A stretch of 64,000 nucleotides of DNA from Takakia lepidozioides (taxonomy: Eukaryota; Plantae; Bryophyta), in the NCBI GenBank assembly GCA_030704615.1, contig CM060734.1, positions 61,070,001 through 61,134,000 of the forward strand, in the 5' to 3' direction. A program made the translations under genes and the position numbers. The notes beneath the pieces were generated by a model. That model saw nothing but the letters and a program-made list of their open reading frames with translations, was not told the origin of the DNA and did not search any database. Below, in pieces: positions 53,282-64,000 of the stretch. Positions within the stretch are counted from its first letter, which is position 1; each line of letters starts with the position of its first letter.

Positions 53282-55703
53282 CTACTTTCTGCGTAGGCCC
53301 GCATGACTACATGCAGAGATGATTCCAATAAAAGTGACGTTGGTCGGTTTCACCCTTTCTTGTTGCATCCCTTCAAAGAGTTTTAGGGCCTCAGTACCCA
53401 AACCATGGTGGGCATATCCTACAATCATAGCATTCCATGGTGTTCTTTCCAATAATTTTGTCAAACACTTGTCTTGCATCCCCGAGACTCCCGCACTTGG
53501 CATACATGTCAATAAGAGCAGTACCCACTAAGATATCTGACTCAAATCCAGAATTGACCACGTGGTCATGGACCTTCCTGCCTTCATGGAAGGGCGCCGC
53601 TAACTTGGAGCATGCGCTAAGGATACTACTGAAAGTAATACTAATGAAAGTGATCTGGTCAGGCTTGACACCTTCTCATTGCATTTGCTAATAGAAATCA
53701 AATGCTTGCGCACCACGTCCTTGCTGAGATGACCCTGAAATGATCACATTCCATGAGAACACATCTCGTTCGGGCATTTTGTCAATCACTTGGCTTGCAC
53801 CCACCACATCCCCACACTTGCAGTACATGCTGACAAGGGTAGTGCCCATAAGGAGATCTGACTCAAATCCAGCCTTGATGATGCTCGCATGGAAATGCTT
53901 GCCCTGTTCCCGGCTGCCACATGCTTTCAAGATGCTCATAAAAGTGACCTTGTTAGGCTTCACGCGTGTCTGTTGCATTTGCTGAAAGTATTCGATTGCC
54001 TGTCCGCTATGCCCTTCCTCAGCTAGTCCTGCAATCATCGCAGTCCATGCAATCACATTTCGTGTATGCATATTGTCAAAAACTTGGTGACCATTCACTA
54101 TACTCCTGTACTTGCAATACATGCTGACAAGAGCATTGATTACTTAGAGATCTGACTCAAATCTACCTATCTTGGTTTCGGCATGGACCCGCTCATCTTG
54201 TTCCACAGCCGCTGGGCTGGCACATGCGTTGAGGATGCTCATGAAAGTGACCTTGTTGCATACTTCGGAAGTAATGAAAAGCCTCTTCCAGCTTGACGAT
54301 ATATCACCAGGACCTCTTTGCCCTTTTCCAAGGCTGCCAGGCTCGCACACGCATTGTAAACGCAAACAAACGTGATATGGTTGGGCTTCACCCCTCTGCG
54401 CATCATTTGCTCATAGGTCTCAAAAGCCTCCATCCCACACCCGTGCTGTGCATATCCTGCGATCATCGTTTCCATGACACCACATTTCGTTCAACCATCC
54501 GAGCACTCATTTTGCATCTTCAATGCTCACATCCGTGTTGTGCATATCTTGCGATATTCATCGCGTTCCTTGATACCACATTTCGTTCAGCCGAACTTCT
54601 TCACCTCATACATTAAGAGATAGCCACATACGAACATGTCCAAATGTACACATATGCTAGACCAGTTTATGTCTGCAGTGTGGAGATTTTGGAGTGGTGA
54701 AAACGAGCAGGAGGAGCTAAGCAACCAGTCTGACACGATTTTTGAAAGAGGGCATTGGGATACCATGTAGCATGGCGAGGATGAAGGCATGCATGGGGGA
54801 TGGAGGGCGATGCCATGCATGAGGGCTGGATGGGGATGCGGGAGAGGGCACGTCTCATGTCCTGGCAGCGGGAACATGAGGCGCGGGAGGGCCTGCCGCG
54901 CGGTGTGTGGGCGATGGAAGCGGAGGTGGGGGTGGGGTGGCGGGGGGTCCACGCTGGCTGAACCGGCTCCCTCGCATTCAACTCCAGGCCCCATCTAATG
55001 CTTGGCAATACAATACAAGAAAATATCTGTTTACCGTTTCTAGACTTGAGATGGAGGTTGTTTTTGAGATACACGATCACCTGTGTGTTAGACGTACCTG
55101 CATCAGAATTTGGGAAGTATATGGTACTAAGATTATGACTCCAACTGCTCGTATAAAAGAAGTGGATGCTATGTAAGTATCATTTTGTAAATGTTCATGT
55201 GCTTTATTACTCCCTTGCTAATTATTAATTTGTTAACCTTGTCTAAAGTATTAGATAATGTCAATGTGGAGGAGCATTATCGAGAATAATCAGAGCTGCA
55301 GGCGAGGTGCGGGCAGCGAGTCTGCTGCGAGGATTTTTTGAGATTTCTTCAACGGATGGACATTATCTTACTTAGTATGTCGGTATGGCTATTTTTCATC
55401 CAACGTTTTGTCCAAAACGGGTTTTCCTCCAGCGATTCCTAGGTCCTCTCCTTCTTCCTCTCGATCTTTTGCGGAGTATACGGTGGGGGTGGGACCCCAG
55501 GGACCTTGCGATTACGGTTGTCCCACCATCGTGATGGATCTTTGAAGAACTCATGTCAGCTCCGCTCCGTGCTCCAAGGTAGACTTTTGTGCCCGAAAAT
55601 CTGCAGCATCAACATTTTGACAAGTTCATTTACGAAGGGGTGCTGGTGAGCTTTCAACAACATTCATGCTGCTTGCTTTGGGCTCCATTGGACTCTCCAC
55701 AAC
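53282..55703 (-). pseudogene. PLS-PPR pseudogene, partly an inverted copy of the 48.8-49.9 kb leader
   Basis: TLVSMYCKCG, WTAMIAG, PNKVTFMSILKAC; 54590-55006 and 55503-55703 are reverse complements of parts of 48814-49450; HEFFKDPSRWWDNRNRK at ~55505-55555. Confidence 0.85.
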
Positions 55704-55799
55704 GGGTTGGGACACCTCCAAATGGTCTCCACCAAGCTGCGTATGGAGACAATTATAGATAATAATTTCATACCTGATTCTGGGAAAAAATAGCCATAC

Positions 55800-58700
55800 G
55801 ACTATTAATGTTATTTTTTCCTACTCCGGCTGGTAAGGCAAAACTGGCCTCTCATTTTAAGATAATAGGGTCTTCAATGGGCACGTGCGATGTAGCCGGT
55901 GGGCCCGCGCATGGACGCCCGGCTCCCCAGCACCCCGCCCGCCCCGCCCGCCGCTGCGCGCGGTTGCCCAGCCGCGGGCGCGGCTGCAGCAACCGCGCCC
56001 GCGCCCCCGTCCGCCGCGCGGCCAGTCCCCCCGCCCATGAGTCCGCTGCCCTCCAGTCTTGCAATCCGCTGCTGGCCAGTCGGCTGCCCAGCAGTCTGCC
56101 AGTCCGCCAGTCTGCCCGCCAGTCCGGTGCTGGCCAGTCCGCTGCCCAGCAGTCTGCTAGTCCGCCAGTCTGCCCGCCAGTCCGCTGGCCAATCCCCTGC
56201 CATCCATTCCGCTGACGGCGCAGGATCGCCACCGTCCATTCCCATAACTTGTTGTGCTTTCGGGAACCTTCGTTTTATGGTTTGGTTCTATGTCATAAAT
56301 ATGGAAAATGCGGACATTTGTCGTCAATAACGTCCTCTGCTTGTGATCCGTCATAATACGTTTAGCCCCTTCGTACTGCATCCCTCATGAGAGCCTTCAC
56401 AAGTTTAGTTCATTAAAGGAACCCATGGGTAACATGGGCGCGAAAATGGTGGAAGCGTATGCACATGGGGGCGTGTATTGCAGATTTCGTATCGGACGAT
56501 GGGATTGTTTATGTGACCAAGTATAGCGGCTTGCATCCGTCGTGCATAAGTTGTGGAAAAGGGTGGAGAATCTGAAGAAACCCAGCTTTGTGATGGATCC
56601 ACATGGTATTATATAAGGGATGGCACCACAAAAAAGCAATTTGAGTCGTCACGGAACACCATCCAGTCGTAAGGTCCTCAAACATCCACACGCACCTGCT
56701 GAATGCAGATGTCTGAGCCACGACGGGAGATGTCTGAGACAATTGCATCTGCAAATGCGCGTGGATGTTTGAGGTCCGTTGTGTCGCGAGTCTGTTCACA
56801 GTGGGTCCGCTGGCCCGTCAGTGCTCCGGATATTCCCCTTATCGCGTGCATAACAGTCAGTTTGGAGGCGGTCTGCTGGAAGTCTGTCTGTTGGGATATC
56901 AGTCTGTTGCACTTGTGAATTTGTCAGTCTGTTGTGTCGGAAGTCTGTTGCACTAAGTCTGTTTGATTTCTTATTTTCCCTCCGGTCAGTTTTTTGGCTT
57001 GTTCTCCCGCTAGTCTGGCGAAACGTCCGTCTGCTGGATAATTCTCCTCTATGGATATTAGTCTGTTGGACTGTGCATGCATCAGTCTGTTGTGCCGCGA
57101 GTCTGTTCGCAATGGGTGTGTTCGACTTTCCTGTTCTCCCCTTACTCTCTTTTGTCTTCATTCCGCTGGCAGGGAAGTGCCTCCAATATGAAGCCGCTTC
57201 GCCTCAGCAAAGCGAATAGTCCGCTGGACTGGCGGTCCGGTGGACTCTCGACCCGATGGGAAATGAGTCTGCTGCACTTGCGAGGACCGTGGATGAATTT
57301 AGTACGATGCGTTCGTTCGGTGGACGTATTCAATGCGATGACGGCGGATAGTTGGCGCCTGTGAAATCGCGCCACGTTGGCAGTGCCATGCCCGCTTTCC
57401 CCCTTCTACTTCTACTTTCTTCTCATGTTCCCTGTGCGATCGACTCCATTTTCTTCGCGCCTGTTTCTTCGCACAGTTTTGCACAGTTTTGTTTTCCTCT
57501 TTGCGTTTCCATCACCGTAACGAAAGACGACCGTTCTTCCCTAGGTGTGGAGAGTCGCGGTGAGCTGCGAAGCGTCGCAAACACGCTCGCCTTCGTAACA
57601 AGTCGAAGTTCATCGGCTCGGTGAGGTTCTCACTTGCTGCGGTGTTTCCATTCCATTCTGTGTCCTCTTCTTGCTTAGGGTGAGTCTTTTCATAGGACTT
57701 CTATCTGTCGCTCTGTCGCTGATTGTCCTTGCACCTTTGTTTCATTCTGCAGCGATGGAGGATGCTTGTGAAAAGGGTGGAGCGGACTGGGTGGATTTTG
57801 TGCACCAAACCAGACTGAAGAAGGAGCGAAGGTACTGGTACTCACCAGACGAGTTTGATCATAAAATAGTGGAAGCATTTGTAGACCTCCGCGTCCGGAA
57901 GCCCAAAAACTCGAATTGGCAGAAGGACAAGCTCTTCTGTCCCTTCTGTGAAGAGGTAATCAAGGACAAAATCCAACTAAATCGGCCTTGTGTTGACACG
58001 GGTTGCAAGGAGACTGTTGCAATGATTCCACGGGATTTCAAGCCTTGGCCGATACTGAAAGAAATGTCGATTGTCAAAGAGGCCACAATGCGCTTGCGCG
58101 GATCAGTGCTTGACCCCCGCACTTTGGAATTAGACGAAGTGCGCGCACGGTATGGCGTCCATTGTGGTGGCCCGTCAATGGAGGATTTGCAAGTGCAGGG
58201 AACGCCGGACGCTCCCAGAAAACGTAAACTGAGTGATGGGGCCCAAAAAAAGGAGAGGCAAAAAAAGGAGAAGGCTGCAAGGTCTGCTCGTGAGGCAAGG
58301 GCAAAATCCACGCAACAGACTGAACCCCGTCCTGGGCGGCAGACCCACACCATCAGTACTGATACTGAAAGTGAATCTGCTCAGGGCCTGGAAGGGGTGA
58401 CAAGTCCAGTGGACATTGACTTGCCTGACCAGACTCGGCAGCAGACTCACACAAATATCGCGACCCATGCCATCGGTTTAGGGTCAAAACCAAAAACTCA
58501 ACAGAGCATTAAAGGGCCAGTCTGCCCTAGCACATTGCGCCTCGTTGACTTTGGGCTTTTCCCACCAGAGTGCCCACCAATTGGGGATCCAGACTTCTTC
58601 CGTTATTTCTACAGAGTTGCCCAGTCAGGTCTGTTATGCACATTCATCCGACAGGCGGAACAGAAATGGTTGAACAGCTTTGAAGATGAAGATGACGATG

Positions 58701-60156
58701 ATGAAGTAGAGTAGGTAATGGTCAGTCTGACCGCCCAGTCTGTTCTCTGTGCTGTTTGAGTCCATCATCGGGGTTACGTTGCCTATTCAGTCGGGTCAGT
58801 GCGCTGCGTTCTCTCCTCAGTCCGCTGGCTCACTCCGCTCGTCAGTTAGTCTGTTTTATATCGTTGCATTACTTACTGAGTCCGTTTGTCAGTCCGCAGG
58901 TCCAGTCCACTGGTATAGTCTACTAGTTGCCTCCACCCTATGTACGCACGTTACAGTCTGCTGGTCTGTGAGTCCAATCCGCTGCATGAGGTGAATATAG
59001 AGTCCACGTCCATGTTCCTGACGTCGAAGTTTTCTGCCGTGTACCAGGATGAACGTGTTTCTATTCGTAGGGCCATTCAGGCTTGGCGGATACCTAGCAA
59101 TGATGCTCCTTTACAAGCGACTGCAGTACGTGCGGAAGTGGACCGCATGCGAGAGTACATATTATTGAAGTATCATGGGTCATCTGCTGCTATAGCGGCA
59201 TTACATATTCAAGACGCGTCGGGGGGGAATGCGTCTGGGACAGCCGAGTCTGCCATCCAGCAGACTCCCATTCAGCAGGCCGTCATCCAGCAGACTCCCG
59301 TTCAGCAGCCTGTCATCCAGCAGACTCCAACAGAGCAGACTCCCAACGAGCAGTCTGTCATCCTGCAGACTCCTCTCCAGGAGCCCATCATGCAGCCCAT
59401 GCCAATGGGAAGTCCTGTCATCCAACAGACTGCGGACCAGCAAACTGCCTTTCTCTCACATAGCACGGCGCTTTTTGCAGTTTGGCGATCGCCATCACCG
59501 GTAATTCGACCCGGAGCTGAAGACCTCACACTTCCCCGGCTTAGGGTGGGAGAAATTAATCCCCATTTGGATTGGCATAACACTACAACAAATTGCGGCT
59601 TTTACGTCTCTGTGTTATGACTGCAAATGCAGTCATGGAAGCCATTTACGACTTCCTGACTCTGCAGACGTAAAGACCTAGTCAGTTGTGACATGGCAGA
59701 TATGACTCTCCAGGCTGGCTGTCACGTGGCGCCAGAGCAGCTGTGGGGGTAGTCATACACGCTGGCATTACTGAATGACTGAACGGGTCCATGTCAGCCG
59801 CTGTGTAATAGAGACACGTGCTCTCTACAGAACACGCCACATGTCAGACTGCGACGCCATCCGACTGCAGAGGAGGGAATCAGACGTCAGCATGTGTCGC
59901 ATCGTGATTTTGACACGTGGTTCCTCATGTCAATTGACACGCGTCGCTGTTGGGGGTTGTAGATTTACTTTATTGTTATTATAATTACTAAAATAATTAT
60001 TATAATTATTTGTTATTATAATTATTATTACTGACCAACATGGGACAGTGGCACATTATTAAATAACGAATTTTTGAAATTATATTCTTAGATAAAATAT
60101 TTATTCGCTCAGATACCAAAACACACCCTTACGGGGAAGGAGAGTTTGCCTTAGTG
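55800..60156. mobile_element. Putative CACTA-type element remnant with dense AGTCTG/CAGACT repeats
   Basis: Right end TTTGCCTTAGTG (reverse complement CACTAAGGCAAA) exactly where PPR/PDF-locus sequence resumes; left terminus and transposase not found. Confidence 0.45.
57755..58714 (+). CDS. Orphan ORF with Cys cluster (CPFC...CVDTGC), basic NLS-like stretch and acidic tail
   Basis: About 319 codons open from ATG GAG GAT preceded by a splice-acceptor-like TTCTGCAG; probably element-encoded. Confidence 0.5.
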   Translation: MEDACEKGGADWVDFVHQTRLKKERRYWYSPDEFDHKIVEAFVDLRVRKPKNSNWQKDKLFCPFCEEVIKDKIQLNRPCVDTGCKETVAMIPRDFKPWPILKEMSIVKEATMRLRGSVLDPRTLELDEVRARYGVHCGGPSMEDLQVQGTPDAPRKRKLSDGAQKKERQKKEKAARSAREARAKSTQQTEPRPGRQTHTISTDTESESAQGLEGVTSPVDIDLPDQTRQQTHTNIATHAIGLGSKPKTQQSIKGPVCPSTLRLVDFGLFPPECPPIGDPDFFRYFYRVAQSGLLCTFIRQAEQKWLNSFEDEDDDDEVE

Positions 60157-63100
60157 CCTGTGCTGAATTGCATCTGCTACTGTTACCTGTTTATGGATAC
60201 TTTTTTATTGTCACTTTGGCAATATCATATCAAAGTCACTCCAAACTATCTACCATCTACCCATGACCATCTACCCATGCAGGTTTCTTGTAGCTATCCT
60301 TCCACAGGGAATCATCGGTAATCTGGAGCTTGAAATCCGGCTTTCTTGGATGATCTGGACCCACACTCTTTCCCTGCTCCTTCAGCTATCCATTCCTCTG
60401 TATAGATCATGCATATATCCTTGCATTGCTGTTAGCAGCTGACAATGACAGCCTACATTTGTTCCAGCAAACACCCAACTCAACTTACCACACAAGTTCC
60501 TATTCTCAATCTGTTACTCTCTGTAATCCAACAGACATTTACCTTTTTGCCTCGGTTGTCCCACCATTGACTGGGGTCAGAAAAGTATTCATTCCACAGC
60601 TTCCCCTCATCTCCGTTAACTGTTTTTCGATACTTTCCTGTTGTCACATTGGCAATATCATGTCAAAGTCACTCCAAACTAGATTCACTCAACCAGCTAA
60701 CTTGCAGACATTGAAATTTAGGGCCGGTTCTGATAAGAGGGAAAAACAGTGTGAAATGTGTTGAAGAAGGTGCCTTTATTAGCAGTGCTTGATTTTATCA
60801 ATTGTGCCGCTACTCCTGCGGCTTCCAGTTCACCATCTACCCATGCAGGTTTCTTATAGCTAAATCCACAGGTAATCATAGGTAATCATGTGCTTGAAAT
60901 CTGGCCCTCTTGGATGAATCTGGACCCATACTCTATCCCTGCTCTTTCAGCTATCACTGCTTCTGCACAAATCATGCATACTTCCTTGCCTTGCAGCTGA
61001 TAATGACAGCCTACATTTGTTCTAGGAAACACCCAACTCAGCTTATCACACTAGTTCCTATGCTGAATTGCGTCTGCCCTCTATAATCTAACAGGCATTA
61101 ACCTTTTTCCCTCGGTTGTCCCACCATTCCACAACTTCTCCTTGTCTCTGTGACCTGTTTCTGGATACTTTCCTGTTGTCACATTGGCATCATGTCAAAG
61201 TTCAGATCGACATCTAGTACAATTCCACCACGAACCTCTTTGCTATTTTGCAGGGCTGCCAGGCTTGCACACATGTTGCAAATGTAACAAACGCGATGTG
61301 GTTGCGCTGCAGTATCCCTTCCCACACCACTTGCTCATAGACCTCTCCAAAGGGCCTCCATCCCGTGCCGCTGTTGTGCATATCCTGGGATCATCATCCT
61401 CCATGCACCCCAATTTGGCATACAAGTCCACAAGGGCATAGTTCAGAACAACATTTGTTTAATTCCAGCTTGGACGATCAACATCACAAACCCCGTCTTC
61501 ACTCATTGCCTACTCTAGGTAAGTGCAATTATGGGCTAGGCTGGTACCACATCTCATTCAGCCATATTATCAAAACAACCATGTATCCTTGTAGTTGCAC
61601 CCTGCAACCTTGGCATACATGTCCACTACGGCAACGTTCAGAATCACATCAAATACAATACCAGCTTTGACAATATCACCGTGGACCTCTGTACCCTTTT
61701 TCAGGGCTGCCAGGCGTGCATTTGACATACATATCCACCAAGGCAGTGTTTAGAGTGACATCTAGTGGTACAATTCCAGATTTGATAATGGACCTTTGCG
61801 TCCTTTCCAGGGCTACCAGGCTCACATTTGACATACATGTACACCAGGGGAATGTTCAGAATGACATCAGGTACAATTCCAGCTTTGATGATGTCACCAT
61901 GAACCTCTTGGCCCCTTCCCAGGGCTGCTAGGCTCGCATATGCATATTAACAAACACAAATGAACATGACCTGGTTTGGCTTCATCCTTTCCCACATCAT
62001 TTGTTCTTAGGTTTCCAAAGCCTTACTCCCACACCTATGCTACACACACCTTACAATCATGGCAGTCCACAACACCACATCTCATTTAGCCATGTTGTCG
62101 AACTCTCCCTTTGCATCAGGCTTGCTGCACCCACATTTGGCATACATGTCCACTAGGGCAGTGGTCAGAATGACAACTAGTACAGTTTCAGCTTTGACGA
62201 TGGCGCATGGCCAAGAGATATCCCAATATCCCGCTACCAATGGGTTCAATGCATACTCTTGTCACATTGGCAGTATCATGTCAAAGTCACTCTAACTAGA
62301 TTCACTCAACCAGCTAACTTGCAGAATTGAACATGAAAATTTAGGGCCGATTCTGATAAGAGGGGAAAATAGGGTGAAATGTGTTTCAGAAGGTGCCTTC
62401 ATTAGCAGTGCTTGATTGTATCAATTGTGCTGCTACTGCTGCGGCTTCCAATTGACCATCTACCCATGCAGGTTTCTTGTATCTATCCTTCCACAGGGAA
62501 TCATAGATAATCTGGAGCTTGAAATCTGGCCCTCTTCCACACTCTATCCCTGCTCCTTCAGCTATCTATGCCTCTGCACAAAATCATGGATACAACAATC
62601 ATTCCAGCAAACACCCCCAACCCTACTTATCAATGAGCAACGAGCTAACTTACATAATTCAATATGCATCTCAAGGCCGAGTCTGATGAGAGGGAAAAAC
62701 AGGCTGAAATAGGTCGAAGAAGAACCCATAGAGGATTTGACCGACCATCAACCCAAAAGGACCTCTTGTGTGTGCTGCTTGTGTCTTGTAGTCAGGTAAT
62801 GTCGGATTGGTCTGTGAGAACCAACACGGTGCAGATGAGCAGGCAGAGATTGAAACACGGCCTGCTAAGACCAAGCTGACTCTCCCAAGAACCTTGAAAC
62901 ATCAGGAAGAATACCAAATCATGGTACTAACAGGAGCCAACAGCCCACATTGGCAGGATGGACAAACTTCTTCACATCGTACATTAAGGAAAAGCCACAC
63001 CTTGCCATTGCGGTTGTCGCACCATCGTGAAGGATCTTTTAAAAATCTCATGCCAACTATGCTCCGTGCTGCAAATGAAGGGCCGAGTCTGATGAGAGGG

Positions 63101-63700
63101 CAAAACAGGCTGAAATAGGTCGAAGAAGAAGGTGCCCTCACCACATTGTCCTCGACCTTGTGTCATGGCCCATGGAGGATTTGACTGACCATGAACCCAA
63201 GAGGACCTCTTCAGTGTGCTGCTTGTTTCTGTAGTCAGGTAATGTCGGATTGGTCAGTGAGAACCACCACGGTGCAGCTGAGTGGGCAGAGATTGAAACA
63301 CGGCCTGCTAAGACCAAGCTAACTCTCCCAAGAACCTTGTAAACATCAGGAAGAATACCAAATCATGGTACTAACAGGAGCCAACAACCCACATTTGCAG
63401 GATGGACAAACTTCTTCACATCGTACATTAAGAAAAAGCCACACCTTGCGATTGCGGTTGTCCCACCATCATGAAGGATCTTTTAGAAACTCATGCCAGC
63501 TCTGCTCCGTGCTGTAAAATTAGGGCCGAGCGGGTAGAGATTGAAACACGGCCTGCTAAGACGAAGCTAACTCTCCCAAGAACGGCGGGCTCCCAGCCGA
63601 AACCTCCTTGCACACATACCGTAGCGTTTCTAGGGTTGCTTGCTCCAAATGCGAAGGTTGATCCAACTGCGGGCCTCCCATGCATGTTTGCCCTCTCTCC
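60157..63700 (-). pseudogene. PDF-motif/PLS-PPR pseudogene with tandemly duplicated PDF exon pairs
   Basis: KLWNEYFSDPSQWWDNRGKK (~60545-60605), HPRKPDFKLQITDDSLW..KKPAWV (~60275-60352), HPRGPDFKH (~60890-60916), PDFKLQ (~62530); PPR remnants at 61230-62200; ~410-bp duplication 62674-63075 / 63080-63510. Confidence 0.8.
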
Positions 63701-63831
63701 CGCTTGCTCGTTCTAAGTCCCAACCCTCTCTCTCTCTCCCTCCCGCTCGCTCTAAGTCTGTTCACGCTACCGTGATGGGCAACTTTTTAAGTTTTTAAAC
63801 CTTCTTGTAAACCCTAAAAGCCCCTCTTTGA

Positions 63832-64000
63832 TTTTTTTTCTTTTTTTTCTTTTCTTAAAGGAAACCACAGGTCCTTGAGGAGGGGGGAAAATTCACCCGC
63901 CTTCATTTATGGGCCATAAGACGTACAGGACGATCAACGCCCAGACATACTGTCACGAACAATCCCACACACGGGATAAGGCAGCGGGTTTGAACCCCAA
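63832..64000 (-). mobile_element. Second SINE copy, head beyond the window
   Basis: Aligns by eye with ~12134-12296 (TTCATTTATGGGCCAT..ACGATCAACGCCCAGACATAC..AATCCCACACACGGG); A-rich tail on the minus strand. Confidence 0.85.

Noticed and set aside
55808-56330. Overlapping GC-rich ORFs in four frames
   Set aside because: Low-complexity repeat lacking stop codons.

Overview
Eukaryotic nuclear DNA from a land plant. Spliceosomal introns, plastid-targeted DHDPS and PLS-class PPR/DYW sequences point to a non-seed lineage, but the species cannot be read from the sequence. Apparently intact genes are DHDPS, a Myb/SANT-like protein, DNA polymerase epsilon subunit B (13 exons, two U12 introns) and 60S acidic protein P1 (one U12-like intron). 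Broken genes are an intronless SIN3-like copy, a UAfT-like nucleotide-sugar transporter, a 2OG-Fe(II) oxygenase lacking a core strand, a Uma2-like nuclease and three scrambled PPR loci. Mobile DNA includes a gag-only LTR element, a chromovirus integrase plus LTR, a tRNA-derived SINE family, a 1.07-kb foldback with TG..CA ends and a 5-bp TSD, and a CACTA-ended element. Two signals stand out. (1) An intron-containing gene at 1013-5825 fuses a ParB/Srx-like domain (DGNHR) to a prokaryote-type beta-class N4-C/N6-A DNA methyltransferase. Its introns carry about nine copies of a ~30-bp palindrome, and it is disabled by an internal 0.8-kb inversion and frameshifts. (2) OSB-type PDF ssDNA-binding motifs are repeatedly interleaved with PLS-PPR repeats, once with a terminal DYW deaminase. 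All protein assignments are by motif recognition; no database search was run.
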